A DNA stretch of 64,000 nucleotides, taken from Octopus sinensis (Eukaryota). Both the position numbers and the translations under genes were made by a program. The DNA lies in NCBI RefSeq assembly GCF_006345805.1, contig NC_042997.1, forward strand, positions 120,156,001 through 120,220,000. The letters run 5' to 3'. Positions 51,943 to 64,000 of this stretch are shown here, in pieces. The notes below the pieces were generated by a model that was given only the letters and a program-made list of their open reading frames with translations, was not told the DNA's origin and searched no databases. Numbering within the stretch: the stretch's first letter is position 1; each line of letters opens with the position of its first letter.

Positions 51943-54900
51943 CGGGAAACTCTAAATGACAGCCATTTTAATTTAATCGTACACATTACACAACGTCTAC
52001 AAAAGACCCTCATCTTACAACAGCAATACTATTTTAGTTCCAAAGCATTAATTTTTACTATATGTTCCGCTTGTATGAACATACAGTGAAATATTATTAA
52101 TAGAAAGTACCCTAACATTTTATTGTGCATCAATTCCTTGGTTAAATATATTGTAGATAGTGTATGCTAATCAAAAACCTCAATAATGATACTTGATTAT
52201 AAAATACTTTTCGACTATAAATAGATCGAATTGTTTGTATTACTTTGTAAATTGAAATATCCTAATATTATCAATGTATTTGTTTCTCTGGAAAAATATG
52301 CTACGTTATTATAATTCATTAGTTTACTGCACATAATATGTAGCACTTCATAAAGATTAATTTCCGAATGTGAATGTTGCGTGTAACACAAGATTAAAAT
52401 ATGCTTTATTCTACAAGTGTTGCTCAAAGTACTCTGTTTCATATCATGTATCCGGTGCTTTGCTTGTTTGTGACTTTAAATCTCAAGCTCTACTTGATAT
52501 ATTTCTCTATATTTTATAACGTTAAAACCTTTCATATGAGTGTTGAATAAGAGCATTATTAAAGCCTGAATATTAATAGATCAGGAAGAAATAAGTACAA
52601 CGTAGATCTATTTAGTGCTATTAATATTTTTGAATCATTCTTCCAAATTCATAGAATCATAGACGACATCCCAACTCATGATTTGTAGACAGATCGAAAA
52701 ATGTTGTGATCGCTAAAAGAATGGACTTCAAATATCCTATACTTATGTTAAACTCAACCGGCGCAAAGGTTTTAAGTACTCAAAAATAAAAATAAACAAA
52801 TAAATTATTCGAGATTTTACAAATCTCACATATTGCAATCCACCTAGGAACACCTTGTTCGAGAAGCGTACTTCTTAAACTGGAGCCTCTACCTACGTGT
52901 CCTTGTATATCTTAGTTATTACTGAATTTCATCGATTATCTCTGACATAATTAAGCTATCCGTATGTAAATCTTGAGGATTCTAATAGTGAACAAGAGGT
53001 ATTGTGCATTTATTTATATTTCCAAGCCACGTCTCTACGTTTTCACTTCACCCGTCTCCGGGAAATATCCTATGCAATAGATTTTGACAGCATTTTACAC
53101 CAATGCACAAAATGGATTTCTAACCTAAATTCCACCCCCAGCGTTGATAGAAAATAATCCTCTAAATTCAAAAGGTCTTTGCTGTAATTAAATCTTTTTA
53201 GTTTGCAATTAAGTGAAAAATGTTTGATGAGGAGACAGTTTTGATATAAATCCGTTCGAAAACAGTGGAAAGTGTACTTTAATTAGCTAGACCGATTGGC
53301 AACGCAGAAAGCTTCTGAAGATAAAATAGAAGTTAAAAACAGAAGAATAGTGAAAATAGGACAGTTCACACTATAGTAATTTCATTAAGTTTGAAAAGAA
53401 AAGCTACTCAGCTTCAATCAATAAACAATTATTGATCGTTATTTAGGAAGTTAAAGCATAGTTAAGACAAAAGAAAACAAAAGAGACAAAACATGTTAAA
53501 TTGTAATTTAATCAAATTTGATTTGGGGCTGTTTTAATGAAGTCAAGGGCTAAACAATGTGAACCGCTTGGTTACTGAATTTAAAGAATATTGAGATTGA
53601 TTCAGTTAAAAACGTATTCTAAGACTTCTTGACAGAGAACTTTAACAAATATATAATTAAATGTTTTATTTTTGTAGAAATTGCATAAGAATATCCATAC
53701 TACAGCTATAGCGACAGTAGCAATAGTGTCAGTAGTCTGTAAATATTAGCACCAATGCAGAAACTAATGTTTTTACGGTACCAAATGTTACATATATTGT
53801 GAAATAACTAATTTCGACTTGCATGGAGGGGAAATCGAATGCGATACTAATAATTTTATATATCTGTTCAGTAAAAACTGCTCAAATATAAACTAGAATT
53901 CAGCTACATTTTCTAGAAAGAATCGGCTTTTCAGTGAATAACAAACTAGACGCTACGACTGCTTAGACAGTTTCAACAATTTTAATGACATTGTTAAATT
54001 AAAACAATGTATATACTTGAATATATACCGAATATAATCATTTACTATGCCTAATTTTCCAAATTTTATGTCATGTTTGACACAATTAGAATATTCTTTA
54101 TTGCACTATTACTGCTGCATGTGATTTCTTTTATCAAAATCTAAGTAAAGGAGTTACAATGATGAAACTGGCGAAGATTCGCATCACTAGATTTACAACC
54201 AGTAAGTGTGAAGTTAATTTGCTATCAAAAATGTGTCATTTTACAGGCTTAACGCTTTTCAACATGAAGTCTAATAAGTGTGAAGTTGGTTCCGTAACTT
54301 ACGACATCTCTTACGATGGTGACACAATATATAACAACACGGACTGGGTATAATGAAATGATAACTAATAATTCAATAGTTATCAAGTGTCAGTGTATTT
54401 CACAGTACAGTATTGTCGGTTAGAGTAGTAAGGACAACTGTTTCATCTTATAAAGTGAATATGACCAACAGATAGGAGAATCTAACATGTGAGTGTGGTA
54501 GAATAAAAGATTGTGTATAATGGGGTATAGAAAGGTATATAAATGTATATATATATAGAGAGAGAGAGAGGGAGAGAGGGAGGGAGAGAGAGAAGAGGAG
54601 AGAGAGATAGGTACACAAATATAAACATGAACACACACATGCACACATATACATATAAGCATGCATTTATATTTTTACGTATGTAATGATGTGCGCTTAT
54701 GTATGCATTAAATACACGCCTTTAAAGACAAATATTAGAAAACTGAAGCGATTTATGATAAATTACACTGTATGAAAAACAATTACTTTTTAAAAAAGAA
54801 TCCGATGTAGTAAAAAAAAAATACTTGAAAATGTATAGAAATTTAAATGCTTTTTCTAAAGAGCTTGCTGTTAAATTATTTCTCAAAGAGGAATGTATTG

Positions 54901-55567
54901 TATTAAGCATTAAGTATTCATATTCTGTTCGCAACTATTTCATGTTAATATAATACTGTAAGCCTTTTTGTAATGATTCATATTCTTTTTCACTTTCAGT
55001 GGAGATTGCATCAAAAACATTAGCTAGAATTCCCATCGGCGATTTCAGCATTTTTCTTCCACTACAAATTCCACATTATGTATTTTTATTAGATCAAATG
55101 CAGCCAAGTATAAGCGAGATTGCTGAAAAAATCTTAATTACTTCTCAGAGTAATTCTTAGAAGGTAACAGCACATTTGTTATATTTAAATTCTGTATTGT
55201 TTTTACCCTGCAACATTATATCCCTGAATTGAAAATTCCTCGGATTCATTTTCAAATAGAATTGACTTTGATTGGAGGCAACCAATATAAAGTAAAAAAT
55301 ACGGGAAACTTTGGAGACAATTATTAGTATGACTTGGAGTATTTTAGACGCAGTACAAATATATAGGTGTAGTATAAGAGAAGGAATACATATCAGCATT
55401 TGATGTAAATTCTAACTGATGCTTTGATTAACTATAGTATTATTGATACATGTTTTACAGAATGAATATTATATATCTTATGATAACATATGGTATTCAA
55501 GATATAAATCGTAATCAATATATACGTGTGTATGTACGTATATATATAAACATATACGTATGTGTGT

Positions 55568-55637
<70 letters not shown>

Positions 55638-55674
55638 TACATATATATATATACATACATACATACATAAATAT

Positions 55675-55758
<84 letters not shown>

Positions 55759-56733
55759 TAAATTAGAGACAAAACCACTATTAGGATAATCATATATGCA
55801 CATATATATTGTAAAGATACAAATAAGATAATTTCGAAGAGTTGGCGTTAGAACACCAAAAATGCTGGGTAGCTTAACCTTACAAGACACCTACATTGCT
55901 AGACATAACAGTTAAAATACTCTAATACTCTGTACGATACACATTGTGCCCCTTGTAATAAAAATGAAGAAAAGAAATACTTGATTGCCTAAATTTATGT
56001 ATATGTGTGTCTGTGTATGTTTGTTTGCGTGGTCAATGAACAATAAGCAATTGCTTTTTATGGACAGATTATAGATTCTTTGGCTCGGTTGCGAGGCAAT
56101 TGGCTTTTGTACAAAAATATTTCAGATTTACAAAGAAATTACATGCTAATATTACAAACATGAAATGAAAATCTGAGTGGTAGTGCGAAGCCAGTTTTTA
56201 AAAAAAAATTTCGTCAATGTGTGTGGTATCTTGTCAGCAATATGTGTGTATGAATGTGTACGTTTAAATGTATATATGAATGCGTATGTATGTGTCTGTT
56301 GATCTGTGTGCATGAAACTCTGTATATTATTTCTTCTCTTTCCATAAGGACGGAAATGTTTTATTTATTGAAAGGAATACAGATCCTCGCTTAAAGTGGG
56401 ATAACAGAAATATTTAATTCGACATATTTAGCTGTAGATATTCATACATATTACTGTGGATATTCTTTTAAACTCGAAACCTTAGATTTTGGAGATTCTC
56501 ACGTAGACAGGATAATTAAGTCCTACAACAATTGTGGATATAAATGTAAATTTCTATTCATATGAGCAGAGTAGCTGTCCTCATTGACTAGCACAAAATT
56601 CTCCTATTCTTTTGAAATAGGCATTATGATCAAATGCACAATGCTGTAGCGTATGTTGTGACGGGTTTATGTTAACGTCACTGTTTGTTTAAAAATGTAT
56701 TCCGTAATCAGGTCAAGACTCGTTCTCTTGTTA

Positions 56734-56962
56734 CAGTAATCCTTCGACTATCGCGGCTGTTATGTTCCAAAACACCACGTGATAGGTGAAAATCCTCGGC
56801 GTAGAAACAACACTGTGCTGTATATTGTTTTTATTTAAACTTATTTCTATAATTTGTATATATTTATTCTGTTATAAATTCAAAATAACACCACAGAGGA
56901 ATCGACGTAAGGTTAAATAATAAACCGCGATAGGTGAAACGTGATATAGCGAGGTATTACTG
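56734..56962. mobile_element. Tigger/pogo-like MITE
   Basis: TA-CAGTAATCCTTCGACTATCGCG ... CGTGATATAGCGAGGTATTACTG-TA; internal GATAGGTGAAA occurs twice. Confidence 0.8.
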
Positions 56963-57044
56963 TATTGATATATTTTGAAGTTGACAGAAAAGAGGACATC
57001 CAAGCATTTTTGTCTGCTTATATTTTGCTCCTCCAATTTACGTT

Positions 57045-57358
57045 ATGATTGTTTGTTTGCTTGTTCCTTCTCGAACCATGCCTGGCTCATATGGGCCGGT
57101 TTCCTGGTTTCCTTTGCGTATACGTTCCCCACCTTGACGTAACGCGGGTCCGTCGCAGGTGAGCTGCAAGATGCAGGCGGAAAAAGGGAGAGAAAGTTGT
57201 GGCGAAAGAGTCAGTAGATGTTTGCCATTACCTCCTGCCGTAGCCGCGTGGACCTTAGGTGTTTCGCTGATAAACACACATATCACCCGGTCTGAGATTC
57301 GAATCCGCGATCCCTCGACCACGAGTTCGCTGCTCTAACCACTAGGCCATATGCCTGC
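57045..57358 (-). mobile_element. tRNA-headed SINE with a family-D-like head and a distinct tail
   Basis: Minus strand: TGGCCTAGTGGTTAGAGCAGCGAACTCGTGG...GGATTCGAATCTC. Confidence 0.82.
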
Positions 57359-58173
57359 ACCATACGTTATGTTGTCTTATGCGAGGTGATACATGAATAG
57401 AGAGATTTCTGTTTAATGTTACATATGCTGTAAACATATATTCCAAAGACAAATTCATGTACCTAGTTAAATCACTTATCTCTATTGCCTTCTTAAGACA
57501 GCGGTTTCTATATATCCGAAAGTGAAAGTACCCAGCTTATTTTTGCTACATTATGGTAGCTACCTCAAGGTATTCATTTCAAGCTACAATAAAATAATAC
57601 TTTATAACTTTTGATTTCTCTCAAGAGTACATTTAGTACACTTTAGTTTTCCTATGCTCCTTCGAATATCTCCATGGTCTCATGTCCAGATTTGCTATTT
57701 TTAGCGCTCTCTATATAGTATTGAAAACTCTCTGAGAAATATCGATAGACTCAGCAATAAAAGTTTTCGTAAATGAATAAAATGAGAAAAATATCAAGTT
57801 ATTTCACAAGGTGGATACACAAATATTGACCATAAACTTCGTCATAAATGGAAACGTTAAAGTCCCACACATATCACTAGTCAGCTTCCTAATGTAAGTT
57901 TCTTTTTATGTATGAGGTTTGATTTTGTGTGAATTTCTTAGTAAGATTTTAAGAAGTAAATGGTGTCCTTAAACTTTAATGGCTATCACAGATGCATATT
58001 TTCCGGTTACAGCATTAGTAATTTTTGTAATTGCCGTTTTGTACATTATTTACATTTGACAGATATTTCTCCTCATCTTGTTTCTTGTTAACACAACGTT
58101 TCGTCTGATATGCCCTAGAGCCTTCATCGGGTGTCTTGGGGAATTCCTAAGGTATTTTTCGATGTTATTATTA

Positions 58174-58237
<64 letters not shown>

Positions 58238-58238
<1 letters not shown>

Positions 58239-58301
58239 CAGGTCAATGCCTAGAATCGACCTCGGAATGTTGGGGTGAGTAGCCCGCGCTCTTAACCACC
58301 A
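58238..58301 (-). mobile_element. Minimal tRNA-head SINE with (TAA)n tail
   Basis: Minus strand TGGTGGTTAAGAGCGCGGGCT...GAGGTCGATTCTAGGC, followed by (TAA)n at 58165-58237. Confidence 0.6.
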
Positions 58302-58321
58302 ATAATAATAATGATAATAAC

Positions 58322-58375
<54 letters not shown>

Positions 58376-58391
58376 TAATAATAATTATAAA

Positions 58392-58853
58392 AGATGGGCT
58401 ACAGCAAATATTCTGCTCAATACCACAGATTTGCTTGTCAGTTGCTTGACCTTAACCAGTTGAGCATGTCCCTTAGTGGCTGACGATATGTGCATCTCTG
58501 ATCACGAGCAGAAGTAGTGGGGGAGCATCATAGCCATGTGTTGAGAAGGATTCTTTGGGGTTTGAATAATTCACCTCTGAAAACATGGGTGTTTCGTTCA
58601 ACGTCCTTAAACAACCCTTATTCAGCGACCTTTTGAGCGGGATGGGTTACTCGATCTGAAGAAAATTCTAACTGGGCTCCACCTGCAAGGTCATGTGCTG
58701 TTTATCTTGATATGAGATCACCATGTCGCGCACATATGGTTGTGATGCATGTGTCTGGTGTACCCTTATCAGACGGGTAGTCATGATGGGTATACTGGGC
58801 TTCGTATATTTTACCCCAGTGTCACTTTGATGGCATGCTCTGCTCGCTCACTC
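58392..58853 (+). mobile_element. Unclassified ~460-bp interspersed element flanked by (AAT)n on both sides
   Basis: GC-richer unique block between (AAT)n at 58301-58390 and 58854-58897; I recall it as a common octopus repeat but have not verified this. Confidence 0.55.
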
Positions 58854-58899
<46 letters not shown>

Positions 58900-60588
58900 T
58901 CCCAAAAATAACTCAGGAATGAGAAGCCAGTTTCGAAATTTCCCCAAGACATCTGTTGTGTTAACAACAAACAAGATGACGACAAGTATCCGTCAAATGT
59001 AAATATTGTAAATAAAGCACATTATTCCTCATCTCTTAAATGTAGAACTGTATTGCCGTTTTGGATTGTCATTTCACAGAATTTTTAAATAGCATTTTCA
59101 TCGATTAGAGACAGAATATCTGCTACTAAAGAATTAGCGCTCGTATTGCTGTAGAGTACTCGCTGACGTAGACTTGCAAATTGGATTGAATCGTTACTTA
59201 GATTCAATTTATCATTAGTCAAGTTTGACAACCTTATCGTCTGTAAATATGAAATTAGTCACGCAGAATTTTATTATGGCTTTGAAGCTAGATAATGTTG
59301 CCACAATATTCCCACAGAGACACCCGAGTCATTGTGTTGGAAATGGTGGGACAGTATATGTCTTATTTATTCTTTAGTGATAGAAGATATGCTTTAGATT
59401 ATTTCATTATAGATATTAATGAGTCCAGTGGTTGTGCAGTACTCCATTACAGAGAAAAACATTATAAAACGGCGAATTTTTCAAGCATGAGATCAGAAAT
59501 GCATCAAATTCTTATATAGAAATTAACTTCAGAAATATTTCCAATGCAATAGCAGAGAAGTATAGATGTGAACTCAGCAAAAAATATATGTTTCGAACTG
59601 AAGTGGATATAACATTGGAAATTATAATTGATTATTTAAAAAAAAAAGGAATTATTTCAGGAGAGGATTTGTTTTATCGCCTAAACCTGGAGATCCTATT
59701 ATAAATATTTAGTTCGGATAATGAGATTCTGAAAAGAATATGCTTCTATTCAAAACAGAAATTGCCTGAGTATTTACAGATAAATATCTGCAAAGAGTAA
59801 TCGAAAGTAAATTGATTGCACAATTCAAGGAAAGATAAAATTGTATTTAGATATGGGCGAATTCAGATTAGTGCATGAGCAGGGCCTTCTGTTATCCAAA
59901 CAATTGAAAACAGATGACTGAGAACATTTCATTATACAAAAATAAAAATGTAATCTTCTCTTTCTAAAAAGACGATCTCGTCAAATAAATTTTAATGCAC
60001 TTTTAAAGGAAAAGAGAAAGAAAAGTTATTGTGTAATCAAAGAATAATGTTACAAATAAGCTACAAAGTATCGTATGCTATCCAGGAGAAATGTCTTATT
60101 AGTACAGAGTTGTCCAAAAAATGTGTACGGTATAGTTGTTACATTTGAGAGACACCGTGTTGTAAGAGTAAATATAAATGTTTTTATCCTGCACGACAAA
60201 AACACCCTACCACACACGTATTTATAATCGTATGTGTCGTATGTATAAAGGTATGTATATTTTGTTATATTATACCATATTATATTTTATTGTATTATAT
60301 ATATATAATACTTAAAGAGGACAACGAATGCTAAGACAAGGCAAACATCTCAAGTCATATACATTATTATTATTGGGGAAAGATTTAAAGTCTTACAGCT
60401 GTTTCTGGGATATCCCAGAGGATGTGATATTCTGTCAACGGAGACAAATGGGGAAAATGCGAAAGGTATAGATTAATGAAATGATGAAATAGAGGACAGG
60501 AGTAATTGAATAGGGAGATGAAAAAGAGAACGTAAAGCATAGAATTTCACAGTTCAGCTTTCCGATCTCGTAGAAATAAGTCCATGAG

Positions 60589-60803
60589 AAGGCGGTGAGC
60601 TGGCAGAAACGGGCGAAATGCTTAGCGGTACTTCGTTTGTCTTTACGTTCTGAGTCCAATTTACAACGAGGTGGACTTTGCCTTTCATCCTCTCATAGCC
60701 GATAAATTCATCCTCATAGCCGTTAGTTGCGTACTGGGGTCAATCTAATCGACTGGTTCCCTCCCCCAAAACTTCGGGCTTTGTGCCTAGAGTAGAAAAG
60801 AAA
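60589..60803 (+). mobile_element. tRNA-headed SINE, family B
   Basis: AAGGCGGTGAGCTGGCAGAA head, GACTTTGCCTTTCATCC core and TTGTGCCTAGAGTAGAAAAG tail. Confidence 0.85.
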
Positions 60804-61160
60804 TAAGGGAAAGCTCTTAGGCGCTATCCTGCGTAAATTGATGTAGGCTAAAGTTTTGATAGTGTGTATATATATAACTTTCTTTTATCTAGATATTACC
60901 ACTATAGATTATATATTTTGATACTGTCCTCAAGGCCAGAATAATAATTGGAACTCTCTTCTCCATTTGTGGCTGTCTAGTATTTAAGAGAAGTGTATAC
61001 ATCTATTCCTCTCCCCTTGCTTCTTAACTATTTGCGGCAAATGGGTATGCAACAGACATTATAGAGCGCCTGTGGTGTATTGTCTTTTTTATAATTACAA
61101 AGGGGGCCGACCTTGCAAAATCTTTAGCATGCGGCACAAATTCCTTAGCGTTATTTCGTC

Positions 61161-61724
61161 AGTCTTTAATATTTGACTTCGAATTTGCCTTTCATCTTTT
61201 CGGGGCATCGACTAGCCCCTCCCAACATAACTTCAAGTCTTCTGCCTTTAGTAGAAGGTATTCTTACAAAGCTGAAAGAATTGTTAGCATGCCAGGCGAA
61301 ATCGTTTGAGACACTTCATCTTTCCTTAATGCTCTAACTGCAAATTCCGCCGAGGTCAACTTTGCGTTTTATCCTTTCTAGTCGATCAATTAAGTACCAG
61401 TCAAATATTTAGGTCGATGGAATCGACGAAACCCTCTTCTAGAATTTCAGGATTTCTTCCTATATAGAGAAGGATTTTCTTCTTTTATTATTATGAGTGA
61501 TTCTCCTTTCAAATTCACTGGATTATTATCATTATCATCATTATTATTATTATATTATTATTATTATTATTATTATATTATTATTATTATTATTATTATC
61601 TGAGTTCAAATTCCGCCGAGAACGACCCTGCATTTCATCCTTTCGGAGTCAATAAAATAATTATCAATAATCGACTCACCCTTACACCTCAAATCGCTGG
61701 CCTTGTGCCAAAAATTTGAAACCA
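61161..61724 (+). mobile_element. Three partial family-B SINE copies (~61161-61262, 61270-61420, 61599-61724)
   Basis: Each contains the (AAATTCCGCCGAG)...TTTCATCCTTTCGG core. Confidence 0.7.
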
Positions 61725-61747
61725 TCATCATTATTATTATTATTGCG

Positions 61748-61872
<125 letters not shown>

Positions 61873-62764
61873 CATTATTATTATTATTATGTATAGCAGC
61901 TAAAGCAAATAAAACGTATTCAATGCCGTTATATATCTAGTATAATTATTCTCAATCACGTTGAATTATCACTCATTCCATCCTATCCAAACAATAGTGG
62001 GAGATATGTGGGTGTGTGAATGTGTGTGTTTTGTTAGAGTGTCTATATATATGTATATATATATATATATGTAATATGTGTGTGTGTGTGTGTTCTCGAA
62101 CATGCTCACATGAATGGAGCTAGTGCACATGATCTATACGGCACCATTATTCTTTGTAGCAATTCTGGAATCTTGCTATTTTTGCGCTACAAAGTCAGAA
62201 AAATCTCCAAGTAAGCATTCTGGTTGTCATGTAGAATTATACCTCTTCAATGAATGAACCAAAATCCTTCGTGCAATTTTTACGAAATACAAGGCATTTG
62301 GCAACATACCCACAATAACAAAAGTATTATTCTGAAAAATCACTACAATTCTTAGTTTCCGTCTCCTTCTCCATCTAATTCTTATTGTTGTTCTTCTTGG
62401 TGTTCTTATTTCTGCTATTATTGTTATTTTTCTTCGTATGATTATGTATATTGTTCTTTGTCTCTTTCCTTTAGCTACTAAGAGAACAATAATATTCAGA
62501 ACATATGCATGAATTTATGAGGAAAAAATGGCATGTAAAACTATTTATAAATCGTACAGCTACACAATTATAGCTTGTGGTCTCATATTGATCTATTTTC
62601 TTCGAATAAACAATATGCTTCCAAATTTATTAACAGGATTTCTTTTAGGAAAGTTGTTTTTACGCAGAGAAATATTGAAATAATTCAAAAATGCATATAT
62701 AGGTCCTTGTCAAGGAATGTGTTTATATGTGTATGCGTATATGCAGAGACAGTAAGAGAGAAGG

Positions 62765-63107
62765 ATCGTCGTGTCACTCCGTCGATTACGACGGTTCCAC
62801 TTGATCCGATCAACGGAACAGCTTAAGTGTAAGTGGTACTCCACAGACAGGTGTACTCTTAACGTTGTTCTCGGGAAGATTCAGCGTGACACAGTGTGTG
62901 ACAAGGTTGGTCCTTTTGAAATACGGGTACAACAGAAACAGGAAGAAAGAGTGAGAGAAGTTTGTGGTGAAAGAGTATAGGAGAGTTCACCACAACAACC
63001 AGCCGGAGCTTCGTGCAGCTTTAAGCGTTTACTCTCAATAAACACTCACAACGCCCGGTGTGGGAATCGAAACCGCGATCCAATGGCTATTGGGCCATTG
63101 CGCCTCC
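62765..63107 (-). mobile_element. tRNA-headed SINE with a family-D head and a third tail type
   Basis: Minus strand GGAGGCGCAATGGCCC...GGTTTCGATTCCCACACCGGGCGTTGTGAGTGTTTATTGAG, shared with the 38935 copy. Confidence 0.8.
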
Positions 63108-63420
63108 ACAGGAGAGAAGGATAATTCATAATGATATGCGTGAGTGTCTTTGTGTATTTAATCATGATATAAATACATATGCACACATACCAACACGGAC
63201 ACACGCCCGCACAAAGACAAATATTGTCATATATTTACGCTTAAAAGTATCTACACACATAAATTGAAGAAATAACTCAGTAGACATCGCTTTAATATAT
63301 ATTAATCTAAATATCTGTACCTTCACAGTGCCGCCAAAATTACTATCACTGTGTTTGATATATATGCGTAGAGACACAGATTCACAATGGTATACAGACA
63401 CACATATAGTTTTATATATA

Positions 63421-63837
63421 TATTTCTTTACTTCCCACAAGGGGTTAAACATAGAGGGGACAAACAAAGACAGAAAAAGGGATGAAATCGATTACATCGA
63501 CCCCAGTGTGAAAATTGTTCTTTATTTATCGACCCCGAAAGGTAGAAAGGCAAAGCCGACCTCTGCTTAATTCGAACTCAAAATGTAACGACACACAAAA
63601 TACCTATTTCTTTACTACCCACAAGGAGCTAAACACTGAGGGGACAAACAATGACAGACAAACGGATTAAGTTTATTAAATCGACCCCAGTGCGAAACTG
63701 GTACTTAATTTATCGACCCGGAAAGGATGAAATGCAATGTCGACCTCGGCAGAATTTGAACTCAGAACGTAACGGCAGACGAAATACGGTTACGAATTTC
63801 GCCCGGCGTGCTAACGATTCTGCCAGATCGCCGCCTT
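63421..63837 (-). mobile_element. Tandem pair of family-B SINEs (63421-63600 5'-truncated; 63603-63837 full length)
   Basis: Both share the CTTGTGGG(T/A)AGTAAAGAAATA tail; the full copy has the AAGGCGGCGATCTGGCAGAATCGTTAGCACGCCGGG head. Confidence 0.88.
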
Positions 63838-64000
63838 CTTACAGTTTTATATATACAGCTGTATACATATATCACAGATAGGTGTATTTGCTTATGTATA
63901 TAAGCATGCACGCTTCTCGCGTGGGAAAATGTAATGATATAAATTGATATTCAAAATACAAATCATTAACAGCGGCTTATGCATATGAATGGTTAGACGT

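Noticed and set aside
59280-60000. Possible ancient LINE RT remnant (KPGDP-like motif)
   Set aside because: Too degraded to support beyond one or two weak motifs.

Overview
AT-rich, gene-poor animal genomic DNA saturated with (TA)n, (CA)n, (GA)n, (GATA)n, (TAA)n and (GAA)n microsatellites. The SINE repertoire resembles what I recall from Octopus/cephalopod genomes; that taxon is an inference, not a database result. No host protein-coding gene can be supported, and almost all listed ORFs are microsatellite read-throughs. Real coding signal comes from decayed mobile elements: a CR1-type LINE (14911-17118, -), a Penelope-like element with RT and GIY-YIG (23920-26185, -), a Tx1/L1-type LINE inserted in a (GATA)n tract (47549-49308, -), mariner relics (12500-13053, 43946-44907) and an RLE-type LINE fragment. 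There are also Helitron/Helentron derivatives, MITEs and many tRNA-headed SINEs. The stand-out is a 3.87-kb array of about 7.9 near-identical ~490-bp units (31611-35477). It carries eight copies of a type I hammerhead ribozyme motif (CUGAUGA...GAAAC...GUA, 8-bp stem I), one per unit. The array sits inside a (TA)n tract and flips orientation once, at 32728-32730. It looks like a retrozyme-like (self-cleaving, potentially circular-RNA-producing) locus with an unusually large monomer.
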